A stretch of 64,000 bases of DNA, from positions 1-64,000 of IMG/VR virus record IMGVR_UViG_3300022217_000228. The stretch is one strand, 5' to 3'. A program made the translations under genes and the position numbers. Origin of the DNA: a virus (lineage: Duplodnaviria > Caudoviricetes). Positions 9,608 through 19,647 of this stretch are shown one piece after another (the first letter of the stretch is position 1; every line of letters starts with the position of its first letter). The notes beneath the pieces are model-generated. The model was not told where the DNA came from and searched no databases. It was given only the letters and a program-made list of their open reading frames with translations.

Positions 9608-10685
9608 ACCTAGTTTAAGAACAGCGAAAATAATGCCTGAAATAGAAAAGGCATTGGAAAGCGGTTGGATTGGATTAGGGCCAAAAGTTGCTGAATTCGA
9701 GAAAGAAATAGAGAAATATATTGGTGGGGGAGTGTATTGTTGCGCTTTGAATAGCTGCACCTCTGCTCTTCATTTGGCTGTGAAGGCACTCAATTTACCA
9801 CCTAAATCTCGAATATTAACCACCCCTATTACCTTCATATCTACAAATCATGCGATTTTATATGAAGGACATGAGCCTGTTTTTTGTGACGTAGAACCTC
9901 GAACCGGCAATATAAATGCTGTAAGTGTTGATAAGGCCATCTCTTATTATAAGCCAGATGCGATTATGGTCGTTCACATTGGCGGTTATCCCTGTGATAT
10001 GGAGGCTATAAACACTATCGCGGCAGGCGCACGTATTCCAATTATAGAAGACTGCGCTCATGCATTTGGGGCGAGATATGAAGGCTGGGCGTTGGTAGGG
10101 AATAGCCAGAATACCTGCTGCTTTTCATTTCATGCTGTTAAGAATTTGCCGGTCGGTGATGGCGGAGCAATTGTTTCCAAAGATAAAAACCTTATAGAAT
10201 GGTGTAAAAAACAACGATGGCTCGGTATAGATAAAGATACTATTAGCAGAAGCCATAATGGCTACTCGTGGGAATACGATGTTGAAGAGCTCGGGTATAA
10301 GTATCATTTATCTGATATTGCGGCGATAATAGGACTTGAACAAATAAAACATATCGAGGCTGATAATTTTCTAAGAGAAGCGTTTGCAAGTGAATATGAA
10401 TTTAATATGCCTGATATGGGACCAGAATATTCAAATAAGCGCCTAAGTAGCTATCATTTCTATCCGATGTTTTTCGAAAAAAGGAATGAAGTGTATGAAA
10501 AATTGATAAAAGCTGAAATCTATCCCGGAATGCACTATAAGATGAACAATAAATATAAAATTTATGAAGAATGCAAATGTATGGACTTGAGCGGTGCGGA
10601 AGAGTACGAACGAACGGAATTGACGTTGCCATTGCATTTGGATTTAAGGGTTGAGGATATAAGAAAGATTGTTGAAACCATATGA
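9525..10685 (+). CDS. DegT/DnrJ/EryC1/StrS-family PLP sugar aminotransferase (likely start 9591)
   Basis: SGWIGLGPKVAEFE, NSCTSALHLA, IEDCAHAFG, FSFHAVKNL (PLP lysine), GYKYHLSD. Confidence 0.95.
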   Translation: MLGEDIRLQNQQDNSNKYSGDYMIQVFKPSLRTAKIMPEIEKALESGWIGLGPKVAEFEKEIEKYIGGGVYCCALNSCTSALHLAVKALNLPPKSRILTTPITFISTNHAILYEGHEPVFCDVEPRTGNINAVSVDKAISYYKPDAIMVVHIGGYPCDMEAINTIAAGARIPIIEDCAHAFGARYEGWALVGNSQNTCCFSFHAVKNLPVGDGGAIVSKDKNLIEWCKKQRWLGIDKDTISRSHNGYSWEYDVEELGYKYHLSDIAAIIGLEQIKHIEADNFLREAFASEYEFNMPDMGPEYSNKRLSSYHFYPMFFEKRNEVYEKLIKAEIYPGMHYKMNNKYKIYEECKCMDLSGAEEYERTELTLPLHLDLRVEDIRKIVETI

Positions 10686-11605
10686 AACTTTACATTGATT
10701 ATAAAATAAACGATTCCGGCAAAGGAAAGTTTCTTGCAAGGCTTATTCCATGTCTAGAGAATTTGGGAGTAAAGTGCTCGTTTGATGATAAAGAAGCCGA
10801 TGTGGCATTAGGTGTGAGAAGATGGCGCAGCAAGCTGAAAATGCCGAAGGTGCTGCGAGTTGATGGTATTCATATGAGTAAGGATAAAACCACATATTAT
10901 AAAAACAATCTTACCAAAAATTCAATTAAGAAATCAAATGCGGTTATATGGCAATCGCGGTTTTGTAAGGATATTATCATACGGGCATTTAAACTTAAGC
11001 CGAAAAAAGATTTTGTGATATTTAATGGGGCAAATCCGGATGATTATAATGTTAAATCTATAATTATAGATAATAAAAAACATGTTATAATGTCTGCACG
11101 TTGGAAAGACCGTCCGTGGAAAAGGCTAAAGGATTGTGTTAAGGTTGCAAAAGAAGTCAGGAAACATGAAGATATTATTTTTTTGATTGCTGGAAAGGTA
11201 AACAGTACAATCAACGAGAGTGGAATAAAGACATTGGGATATCTTAACGAAGAAATATTAAGAAGATATCTTGTTGGCTCAGATGCCATGCTCAACCTTT
11301 CTTACTACGATTGGTGCCCTAATGCAATGGTAGAAGCGTTGTGTGCAGGGGTTCCTGTGGTATGCAATAACGCCAGCGGAGCAAAGGAGCTAATCGATCC
11401 CGAAAGCTGTGAGGTGGTAAACTGCGATTCTGAACGTAAATCAAAGATAAGAAACCGGGATAAACCTCCTCATGTAGATCCGGTCACTGTTTCCGAAGCG
11501 CTTTTAAGGGTATTACACAGTGGCAAAAGAGCCAATGTTCCGCACCTTCATATTGAAACGATAGCACAGCAGTATAAAACCGCGTTTGAAAGTGTGTTGA
11601 AATGA
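10682..11605 (+). CDS. GT4 glycosyltransferase
   Basis: VIWQS, VIFNG, DWCPNAMVEALCAGVPVV. Confidence 0.9.
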   Translation: MKLYIDYKINDSGKGKFLARLIPCLENLGVKCSFDDKEADVALGVRRWRSKLKMPKVLRVDGIHMSKDKTTYYKNNLTKNSIKKSNAVIWQSRFCKDIIIRAFKLKPKKDFVIFNGANPDDYNVKSIIIDNKKHVIMSARWKDRPWKRLKDCVKVAKEVRKHEDIIFLIAGKVNSTINESGIKTLGYLNEEILRRYLVGSDAMLNLSYYDWCPNAMVEALCAGVPVVCNNASGAKELIDPESCEVVNCDSERKSKIRNRDKPPHVDPVTVSEALLRVLHSGKRANVPHLHIETIAQQYKTAFESVLK

Positions 11606-12174
11606 GTAAAAAATTTTGGACTGATACGAAATTAAGCGATATTCAAAGTAACATAAAACATCGACAGGGAGTACGCGATTTTCAAACCTCCTATAGTCAT
11701 TGCAGAACAACGATTATAAGAGATTACATCGAAAAATTAATATCTCAAGGCAAAATTAAGCCATCCTTTACACTTATAGATTTGTTCTGCGGAGATGCAA
11801 TAATAATAAGGTTGCTGAAAGAACATTTTAAGAGAGCAACAGTAATTGGTGTGGATATAAACGAGATAAGAGGGCATGAAGGAGCAATTGGCGCTGGTGT
11901 GGAAATAAAATATCAGTATGTTCATGATTATATAAAGGATAGAAAAGAACCAGTAGATATTGTTTTAATGATGAATACCTACAGGAATATCAAAGCTTCT
12001 GGAATGACAAAACAGGAATTTGGGAAAATAAATAAATGGCTGTTTAAATATGTAGCTCATCCAATAGTTACTACATCAGATATAAAAAAGGCAAAGAAAT
12101 ACGGTTTCAACCCTCTTATAATCGGTAAGGGTGAGGGATCTTCAAAGATGGTCGATTTGAAAGGACAGGGATGA
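11602..12174 (+). CDS. SAM-dependent methyltransferase
   Basis: LIDLFCGD...VIGVDIN. Confidence 0.75.
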   Translation: MSKKFWTDTKLSDIQSNIKHRQGVRDFQTSYSHCRTTIIRDYIEKLISQGKIKPSFTLIDLFCGDAIIIRLLKEHFKRATVIGVDINEIRGHEGAIGAGVEIKYQYVHDYIKDRKEPVDIVLMMNTYRNIKASGMTKQEFGKINKWLFKYVAHPIVTTSDIKKAKKYGFNPLIIGKGEGSSKMVDLKGQG

Positions 12175-12998
12175 AACTACAGCGTCTTGGAATAGATATA
12201 GTAAGCGGCTGCAATCTCAGATGCGTAGGGTGCCCTAATTCTACTCTTAAAAGGAAGATTGAGTTCACTACTCCAGATAATTTCAACCTCATTCTTTCCA
12301 ATATAGATGTGAAACATATCGAGTATTTGAAGTTATATAATTTTGGGGAAACATTATTATATCCTAATTTAAGTGAGATTTTAGAAATTATTAAGAAACA
12401 GAGATGGGGTACAAAACACGTTGAAATTGCTACTAATGGGCAGATAATCAATGAAAGAAATATTAGAGCGATTTTTTATCGTAATGTAATTACTAAACTT
12501 GGAGTAAGCTGTGATGGCGACTGTACACCAGAAGAATATGAAAGGTTAAGACCGTCAGCAAAGTGGAATCAACTTGAAGACTTCCTTGGTGTAACAAATG
12601 CTATTTATTGGCCTTTAAACACGATAACAAAGCGTGTCCTTAAAATTATTTGTACCGGAAATAAAGAAAAATGGAAAAAATTCGCTAAACAATATGGTTA
12701 TGGTATTGAATGGCGCAAATGGCGTAAAGCCCCTAACTCTGTTAAATATGAGAAGGCCAAATTAAAGGTTCCTAATTACTCTTGCAAGCATGTAGAAAGT
12801 TCTCGGATACGTTGTTATGTTGATTGGAACGGTGATGTGGTACCTTGCTGTAATCATCCTAAAGCTACAGTATTTGGTAATTTAAAAGAACAAAAATTTT
12901 CTGAAATATATCACGGAAAGAAAAGAAAAGCATTTATAACATTATTAAATAAGGATAGAAAAAAGCATAGAATATGTGGAAGATGTGAAGTAAGATGA
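12171..12998 (+). CDS. Radical SAM protein with SPASM/twitch domain, paralog 2
   Basis: CNLRCVGC, YNFGETLLYP, VDWNGDVVPCC, CGRC. Confidence 0.92.
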   Translation: MKLQRLGIDIVSGCNLRCVGCPNSTLKRKIEFTTPDNFNLILSNIDVKHIEYLKLYNFGETLLYPNLSEILEIIKKQRWGTKHVEIATNGQIINERNIRAIFYRNVITKLGVSCDGDCTPEEYERLRPSAKWNQLEDFLGVTNAIYWPLNTITKRVLKIICTGNKEKWKKFAKQYGYGIEWRKWRKAPNSVKYEKAKLKVPNYSCKHVESSRIRCYVDWNGDVVPCCNHPKATVFGNLKEQKFSEIYHGKKRKAFITLLNKDRKKHRICGRCEVR

Positions 12999-13471
12999 GT
13001 CAAGCAAAATTGTATATGGCAGATAAATATGTTGATAAATGTTACTATGATAATAAAAAGAATAGGCTTTCTTCAGTAATGATGGAATTAGCAATGATCG
13101 GTCGTTTTAAAAGCCGTCATGCACCAAAAATAATAAAATATCTCAACAATGGGTACCGCATGAAACGCTATGATTATGCTCTTGGAACAACCAAAAAGCT
13201 GACTCGTTCCTGTCCTAATTTTTTAGACGAAATTAACGAAATTGAATGTGATTTAATAGATAATGGAATTAATCATCGAGATATCAACCCGGGTAATTTA
13301 CTGTATTGCGAAGATGAAAGCTCCTTGGTATTGATAGATTTTTATTGGGCCATTCCATTGGAAAAGGATGCTCAAAGAATTGGAAAGTTAAACAAATATT
13401 ATGGAAGAGATAAGAAAGCTTTTAAAAGATTGAGAAAAGAATATGGGAAAAGTAATAAGCCAGTTAGCTAA
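12995..13471 (+). CDS. Small kinase-like (APH/Kdo-kinase fold) protein
   Basis: HRDINPGNLLY and LIDF. Confidence 0.7.
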   Translation: MSQAKLYMADKYVDKCYYDNKKNRLSSVMMELAMIGRFKSRHAPKIIKYLNNGYRMKRYDYALGTTKKLTRSCPNFLDEINEIECDLIDNGINHRDINPGNLLYCEDESSLVLIDFYWAIPLEKDAQRIGKLNKYYGRDKKAFKRLRKEYGKSNKPVS

Positions 13472-14360
13472 AACCAAGATTGATAACTACAGCATATTTC
13501 CAGAACGACTTACTCTTGAGGAATGCGGGGAGTATCATTTCCATTATCGGAGTATTCGCATCGCATTTACCAAGCATGAGTACAAGGATTTTATTAGTCT
13601 TACAAAGTATGATTCGAAAGACAAAAAGAAAATTTTTCTCAAAAAGGTTATGAGTTCAAATGGAGATGTGATAGACAAAAATCGTTTGGTAGTTGAGTTG
13701 AGTAAAAATACGTACATCAAACACAGGGACGACACAGCAAAAGAAGCGGACTTCTTTAAGGATAAAGCTTATATCCATGTTCATTATCGCAATATTAGAT
13801 TAGAATTTCCTATCCATGAATTTATTCAAATAGCTCAAACCTTTGATGAAGCACGAAAAGCATTACCACTAAAAACCGTCAACGACATGTTCTATGCTAT
13901 TGACGATATCACATATGTTGTAATAAGAAACTTTGATAATTTGCCAAATTCAGTTAAGCTTGGACCGCACAGTGATTTGGATTTGCTATTTGCTTCAAGG
14001 CATGATGTAAATAAATTTATTCACATAACACATGCTGAAAAAACTTTCAAGGAAGAATATCGGGTACAGCACAAAGTAGCTATCGGAAAAGACTACATTC
14101 TCTGCGATTTACGGGTAATCGGTGACATGTATTTTCCGTTGCCTCTATGCGTTGATATGATAAACATTCGGATTCGGCACAAATGTTTCTGGGTTCCATC
14201 AGAACCTACGCATTCAATAGCCTTGGCGTACCATGCACATATACATAAAAAGCGCCTAACAAACGATTATCGCAAAAGAGTAAGGTATTCAAAATGTGAT
14301 ATACTGAATATGATTGAACCAACGAAACCTAAAGATAGATCTGTTGGATATAACCCATGA
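13443..14360 (+). CDS. Nucleotidyltransferase-like protein with duplicated N-terminal module
   Basis: YVVIRNFDNLP...HSDLDLL; repeated YHFHYRSIRIAF / YIHVHYRNIRLEF. Confidence 0.6.
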   Translation: MGKVISQLAKTKIDNYSIFPERLTLEECGEYHFHYRSIRIAFTKHEYKDFISLTKYDSKDKKKIFLKKVMSSNGDVIDKNRLVVELSKNTYIKHRDDTAKEADFFKDKAYIHVHYRNIRLEFPIHEFIQIAQTFDEARKALPLKTVNDMFYAIDDITYVVIRNFDNLPNSVKLGPHSDLDLLFASRHDVNKFIHITHAEKTFKEEYRVQHKVAIGKDYILCDLRVIGDMYFPLPLCVDMINIRIRHKCFWVPSEPTHSIALAYHAHIHKKRLTNDYRKRVRYSKCDILNMIEPTKPKDRSVGYNP

Positions 14361-14884
14361 ATACATACGTTAAAAAAGAAATAGTACGATTAATAAAACA
14401 ATACTATTCAAAGAACGAATTGAACGATACATCTTATAGGCTTCTCGATGTAGGATCTCTTGATATAAATGGAACCATTAAAAACAAAATACCGAAAGCA
14501 TGGGAATATGTAGGAGCTGATATATTGCCTGGTAAGAATGTTGATGCTTTAATGCTTTATCCATTTAAACTTCCTTTTGATAATAACACGTTTGATTGCA
14601 TTGTAAGTAGTTCGTGTCTTGAACATTGTACTAACCCATTAAAACTGGTACCAGAAATGGCGCGAGTTCTTAAGCCAAAAGGATATATGTTTATTGTAGC
14701 TCCATTTATATCTCCAAGACATGAGGTACAAGAGGATGGAACGATACTGAAGGATTGCTGGAGATTCCTTCCGAATGGATTTGATTACCTTTTTGAAGCT
14801 GCCAATATAAAAAAATTGCATACATACAACCATAAACGAAAAGCCAACAGAGTTTATTGCTGGGGAATAGGAAAAAAGGAATAA
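14357..14884 (+). CDS. Class I SAM-dependent methyltransferase
   Basis: LLDVGS, FDCIVSSSCLEH, RVLKPKG, DCWRF. Confidence 0.9.
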   Translation: MNTYVKKEIVRLIKQYYSKNELNDTSYRLLDVGSLDINGTIKNKIPKAWEYVGADILPGKNVDALMLYPFKLPFDNNTFDCIVSSSCLEHCTNPLKLVPEMARVLKPKGYMFIVAPFISPRHEVQEDGTILKDCWRFLPNGFDYLFEAANIKKLHTYNHKRKANRVYCWGIGKKE

Positions 14885-14891
14885 TAATATA

Positions 14892-15485
14892 ATGCTTGAT
14901 AAGACTACATATGAGATACTATCATCAAAATGGGTTGGTAAAGTATACCAGAAATGGAAAAAACTTAAAAAGAGGCTTCCTATGATAGAACGAAATCTGG
15001 ACTTCTTTAGAGGTACTAAAGTTCTTGAACTCGGTGCCAATGCTGGAATATATGCCTTTGTTCTATACCATTATGTAGAAAGCTACACAGGAATAGAATG
15101 CGATAAACATTATTACGATCAATCACTTCATACACTTAAAGGAAAGAAAAGAGTAACATTAATAAGAGATACGTTTGAAAATGTTGATATTGAATCACTG
15201 GATTTCAATCTGTTTCTTGCCAGCTACGTCCTTCATCATCTTAATAAAAAAGAAGTATATAAGCTCGGCAGAGTATTTGATATATGCAGTAAGGTTGCTA
15301 TTAGTACAAGAAGCGGAGACCCTCTTAAATACGGACATGATGAGCTTGGTTTCGATCCTCTTCCTAAGTGGGAGAACAGCAGAATAAAAAAGATGCTCGA
15401 TGAACGTGGGTATAAAAGTGAGTTGTCGTTAAAAAGCAAAATTGATTACAATGGCATTTATTTTATATTAGCGGAGAAAGAATGA
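14892..15485 (+). CDS. Class I SAM-dependent methyltransferase, paralog of 52756-53820
   Basis: VLELGANAG, YTGIE, SYVLHH. Confidence 0.88.
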   Translation: MLDKTTYEILSSKWVGKVYQKWKKLKKRLPMIERNLDFFRGTKVLELGANAGIYAFVLYHYVESYTGIECDKHYYDQSLHTLKGKKRVTLIRDTFENVDIESLDFNLFLASYVLHHLNKKEVYKLGRVFDICSKVAISTRSGDPLKYGHDELGFDPLPKWENSRIKKMLDERGYKSELSLKSKIDYNGIYFILAEKE

Positions 15486-16075
15486 TAACCATTAAAGGCA
15501 CTGCAAGAAAGATACCGAAGGGTGATTATAAGTGCCCTAACGATGGTATTCACCGGAAAAAGAAAAGCGGACGAATACGCGGGTTCTGGGCCGCTAAGAT
15601 ATCAAACGCCTATCTCTATTATGGGAACTGGTCATATTATTTAAAAAGTGATGAGCTTGGACTGAAAGTTTTTTATTCTTTTAAATTCAACGAGACTACA
15701 AAAACGGACAAAGAAGTTCAAGCTACAATCGATATGATGAATGATCTTCATGAATTTTGCCCAAAGATATACTATAAAGACACGGTAAAAACTGATATAA
15801 GGTTTAAGGAAAGACACTGTGTTGCAGAATCCCCAGCGATTAGCATGCAGCATATACACTACCCTGAGAGGGTATGGCTTAAATTTGCCAAGGGTAAGCC
15901 ATACGATTGGAATGCAGATAATCATCCCGCTCATTCAACACAGGGTTTTAGAGCTTTTAGGGCTTTACTCGAAGAATACACTAGAGATATTGAATACAAC
16001 TTTGACAGTTTTTCTATCGGTAATATCGTTTGGTGTACGGTGGAGAAGCGTTGGTACTTGGTGGATGTGAGATGA
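15482..16075 (+). CDS. Putative kinase-fold protein, paralog of 52461-53072
   Basis: LGLKVFY, SIGNIVW, WYLVD; the fold call is tentative. Confidence 0.45.
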   Translation: MITIKGTARKIPKGDYKCPNDGIHRKKKSGRIRGFWAAKISNAYLYYGNWSYYLKSDELGLKVFYSFKFNETTKTDKEVQATIDMMNDLHEFCPKIYYKDTVKTDIRFKERHCVAESPAISMQHIHYPERVWLKFAKGKPYDWNADNHPAHSTQGFRAFRALLEEYTRDIEYNFDSFSIGNIVWCTVEKRWYLVDVR

Positions 16076-16692
16076 TAGTCGGATTAATGGCACTCTGCAG
16101 ATTCCCGTATTATGTAAGATGTTTAGATTCATTATGTGAGTTAGTTGATAAAGTATATCTAAGATTCGATGGGATTACCGGAGATTATCGATTATATGAA
16201 GCTGCTCCAGGAATATGTGGAAATAAATTCGGGTCAATGTTTATTGGCAATACTATCTGGAATGCCTATAACTGGCGTGAAGAACTTCTTCGTTCAATAG
16301 ACGATGTTAAACCTGAACTCGTGTTATTTCCCGATGAGGATGAAATTTTTGGATTAGGAATTGAAGATGATATCAGAAGGTTCATGAAAAGCGACAAGCA
16401 GCAGCTTGCCTTTAATTACCAGCATCCTGCACCAACTGTAGATGGGTGGGAGCATAAGAAGCCCTACCCATCAGCACCTCACATCAAAGCGTATAAATGG
16501 AAAGAAGGATTAACATACATACCATACAAGAAGCGTGCAAGTCTTAGTAATTATGGCAAACTCAATTTCAAATTAGCGAAGAGTAAAATACTTCATTATT
16601 GCTTCTATACACCTGAATTGAGAAAGAATAAACTATGGAGTTGCCCGGAAAAGAAAGAATGGGCTAGAAAAATTGCAAAGAAACAAAAATGA
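16030..16692 (+). CDS. GT-A (GT2-like) glycosyltransferase (likely start 16072)
   Basis: RCLDSLCELVDKVY, VLFPDEDEIF, ILHY. Confidence 0.7.
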   Translation: MVYGGEALVLGGCEMIVGLMALCRFPYYVRCLDSLCELVDKVYLRFDGITGDYRLYEAAPGICGNKFGSMFIGNTIWNAYNWREELLRSIDDVKPELVLFPDEDEIFGLGIEDDIRRFMKSDKQQLAFNYQHPAPTVDGWEHKKPYPSAPHIKAYKWKEGLTYIPYKKRASLSNYGKLNFKLAKSKILHYCFYTPELRKNKLWSCPEKKEWARKIAKKQK

Positions 16693-17171
16693 AACCACTC
16701 CTACTATCCCAGAGAATTTTTTGCCTATTAGACGATAAAGATTATAATTGGCTTCACCACTGGAAATGGAGTATTGGTGGAACAAAAAACCGACGTTACG
16801 CACGTAGGAAGTTATCACATCCAAGTAATGGTAAAAAAGAATTTATATATCTCCATAAAATTATAGCTGGTGTTACCAATGATTTTACAATACGCTTCAT
16901 AGATAATAATCCGCTCAATTTACAACGCGATAATATATGTATAAAAAACCTCGCAAATGAAGACGTGTCGTGGAGAGGATCAAGTGGTGTATCTAATTAT
17001 ATCGGTGTCAAATGGGATGCCTATTATGGATTGTGGAGAGCAGAGATAAATGGATTGGTTGTAGGCTATTATGCAGAAGAAATGACGGCAATATTAGCAT
17101 ATAATACCAAAGCAAAAGAAATGTTGACTAATGAATTAAGATTGAATGGCACAAATGAGTTTGCAACCTAG
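16689..17171 (+). CDS. HNH-AP2 protein with degenerate HNH site
   Basis: LDDKDY..L..WKW, YLHKII; AP2-like SNYIGVKWDAYYGLWRAEI. Confidence 0.75.
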   Translation: MKPLLLSQRIFCLLDDKDYNWLHHWKWSIGGTKNRRYARRKLSHPSNGKKEFIYLHKIIAGVTNDFTIRFIDNNPLNLQRDNICIKNLANEDVSWRGSSGVSNYIGVKWDAYYGLWRAEINGLVVGYYAEEMTAILAYNTKAKEMLTNELRLNGTNEFAT

Positions 17172-19227
17172 ATATACCAACAAGTTAAAAGAGCTTCCCC
17201 CTGAAGCTTATGAGTATTACATGACTCACCCTGTGGAATTCGCACAGGAACAAATACTTGGGCTTTCACCTGATGATGTTAAGAAGGATCGGCTCTATCG
17301 GCGTTTAGAACCGCAAACCAAGTCTATTCTTTATAATATAGGGAAACATGATTATGTGTCGGTGTTCTCAGGCCGGGGATGCACAAAAACCACATCGCTT
17401 GCCCTTGCAGCAATCTGGTGGATATGGACTCGCAATGACGCCAAGGTTATGGCAACTGGTCCTAAATTCGAACAATTAAAAATTACACTTTGGGCAGAGA
17501 TAGCCAAGTGGCTTGATAAATCATATGTGAGTGATGAAGTGAAGCTAACAAGCGAACGCATATTCCATATCGATCCCAAGATGCATTCATTCGGTCAGAT
17601 AATGACATCTAAGGAAAAAGATAACATGGCCGGTGTTCATGCCACTCACGTATTGTGGCTCATAGATGAAGCGTCGAATGTCGATCAGGATATTATCGAC
17701 GCAATCTTTGGTGGTATGACAGACCCAGAGAGTAAGGTTGTGATGACCGGTAATCCAACCAGAGCATCAGGTCCATTCTTTGATTCTCAAAACAAATTTA
17801 GAGACCAATGGAGGTGCCTGAGATTCAGCTCAGAAGATTCTGCGCTTAAGAATAAAGTGTGGTTTTCGAGGATGCTACGGTATCCAAAGGAGTCTGATAT
17901 ATTTAGAGTTTATGTATTGGGCTTACCACCACTTGGAAACCCAAAGGCCATTATATCACTTGCAGATTGCCACGCTGCTGTCAATCGTGAAACTCCTGCT
18001 GAAGACTATCTTGAAATGGGTGTGGATCCTGCAAGGGAAGGAAATGATTTAACAGCCATAGCAATACGCAGAGGCATGAAACTTCTCGAAGTAAGGGTAT
18101 ATCCTAAGACTAAGGGCCCGGAAGTAATTGGATATACGCTTAAAATGCTACGAGAATACCGTGCAAAGACAGGTATTAAAAGCAGGGTAAAGATAAAGAT
18201 TGATGACCATGGGCTCGGCGGTCCGATCGGTGATGAGATGGCTTTGAATGAAATTGATAACATTGAAGTTATTCCATGCTTGTTTGGCGGTAAGGGTGAC
18301 GATCGATATACAGATCCAGCATCAATAATGTGGTTCGGACTTGCTGATATAATAAACGATGTAGAACTCTGTAACGATGAAGAACTCATTGAGGAGCTAT
18401 CTACTCGTGAATGGAATCCTTCTTCCGGTGGAAGAATGCAGGTTGAGCCTAAAGCTAAATACAAAGAAAGGCTTGGAAGAAGCCCGGATAGGGCAGATGC
18501 AACAGTATTGTGTTATTACGGCGGAGCAAAGAAAGTCTTTGAACTTCCTGATATTATCGGTGAAAAAGAAAACGATTTTGAAATAGATTGGAATTACGAA
18601 CACCTGACTGATGCATCGTATGGCGGTATATTCATGATAGATGTACTACACTATGCAGCACTTGTATTTAATAAAGACTTGTCATTCAACGGATTAGCTG
18701 CAGTATATCAATACTACTCAGATAAGCTATGGATTTATGAAGAGTTTTACCAAGACAGGCCAGAGCCTGATGTTATAGCTCGTGTGGTTAGAGCACTTAC
18801 TCATAAGGGGTTATACGATGATGACAGAGAAGTGCGAATAATTGGCAACGAACACATGTTCAGGCCAGATGGTGATCGTAGGCCGCTCTCAGACGTGCTT
18901 ATACATGAGAAGCTATATATATCAGAACCATTGAGATACGATGAATATGGGGCAATAGCATTTGGCTCTAAGATGTTTTCTGAAAATAAAGTAACACTAC
19001 ATAGAAAACTCACGCGTGCACGTCCTGCAATAAGCCTTTGGTCTGTAAAAAAAGGAACGCCTGAAACCGATGAGAATGGATACTGTAAGGCATTTTTACT
19101 TATATTAAGTGAAGTGAGGAGAAGGGTAAAAGAACGAAAGACAAAGAGAACGCCTAAAGATTATTCTCCAGTACATGTGAAATCGAATGAGAGAGAAAAA
19201 AATATGAACTCTTGGTGTGGGAGATAA
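17146..19227 (+). CDS. terL: Terminase large subunit with extra C-terminal domain
   Basis: Walker A SGRGCTKT, Walker B LIDEAS, TGNPT, nuclease motifs GVDPAREGND and SPDRADA. Confidence 0.95.
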   Translation: MAQMSLQPRYTNKLKELPPEAYEYYMTHPVEFAQEQILGLSPDDVKKDRLYRRLEPQTKSILYNIGKHDYVSVFSGRGCTKTTSLALAAIWWIWTRNDAKVMATGPKFEQLKITLWAEIAKWLDKSYVSDEVKLTSERIFHIDPKMHSFGQIMTSKEKDNMAGVHATHVLWLIDEASNVDQDIIDAIFGGMTDPESKVVMTGNPTRASGPFFDSQNKFRDQWRCLRFSSEDSALKNKVWFSRMLRYPKESDIFRVYVLGLPPLGNPKAIISLADCHAAVNRETPAEDYLEMGVDPAREGNDLTAIAIRRGMKLLEVRVYPKTKGPEVIGYTLKMLREYRAKTGIKSRVKIKIDDHGLGGPIGDEMALNEIDNIEVIPCLFGGKGDDRYTDPASIMWFGLADIINDVELCNDEELIEELSTREWNPSSGGRMQVEPKAKYKERLGRSPDRADATVLCYYGGAKKVFELPDIIGEKENDFEIDWNYEHLTDASYGGIFMIDVLHYAALVFNKDLSFNGLAAVYQYYSDKLWIYEEFYQDRPEPDVIARVVRALTHKGLYDDDREVRIIGNEHMFRPDGDRRPLSDVLIHEKLYISEPLRYDEYGAIAFGSKMFSENKVTLHRKLTRARPAISLWSVKKGTPETDENGYCKAFLLILSEVRRRVKERKTKRTPKDYSPVHVKSNEREKNMNSWCGR

Positions 19228-19266
19228 TATGTCTAAAATGCTCGAAATAGATATCAAGGTAAAGTA

Positions 19267-19647
19267 ATGGAAAGATATAAAGTAGATAACAATTTCATCG
19301 AATACGAACAGGTGTACGTTGATTCGATATTCAATATTCCTATCGTAGACAAATCTGGTAACGTGCTTGCCCGTGCAATACTCACTCAGAATGTTAGACA
19401 AGATACCCCAGGAAAGTTCAGTGAGGTGGTTATTCTTACCGATATCATTGTATACGATCCAAATGATAGAGGCAAAGGGCTCGGTGATAAAATCATGGGA
19501 TTCATCACTTCATGCGGCAGATTTGAAAAGATAGTTACCGGTATATCAACCAAAGCCGGGAGAGAACTTTGCCTAAAATGGGGATTTAAATACGATTTTA
19601 TTAAAGAAAAGAAGTTTTTAATATGGGAAAAGAAAAATGATACTTAG
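19267..19647 (+). CDS. GNAT-family acetyltransferase
   Basis: DRGKGLGDKIM acetyl-CoA motif; LKWGF. Confidence 0.75.
   Translation: MERYKVDNNFIEYEQVYVDSIFNIPIVDKSGNVLARAILTQNVRQDTPGKFSEVVILTDIIVYDPNDRGKGLGDKIMGFITSCGRFEKIVTGISTKAGRELCLKWGFKYDFIKEKKFLIWEKKNDT

Noticed and set aside
12901-12912. Third copy of the attI-like motif (TGAAATATAT)
   Set aside because: Partial match inside a coding region, with no adjacent GTT core or cassette.
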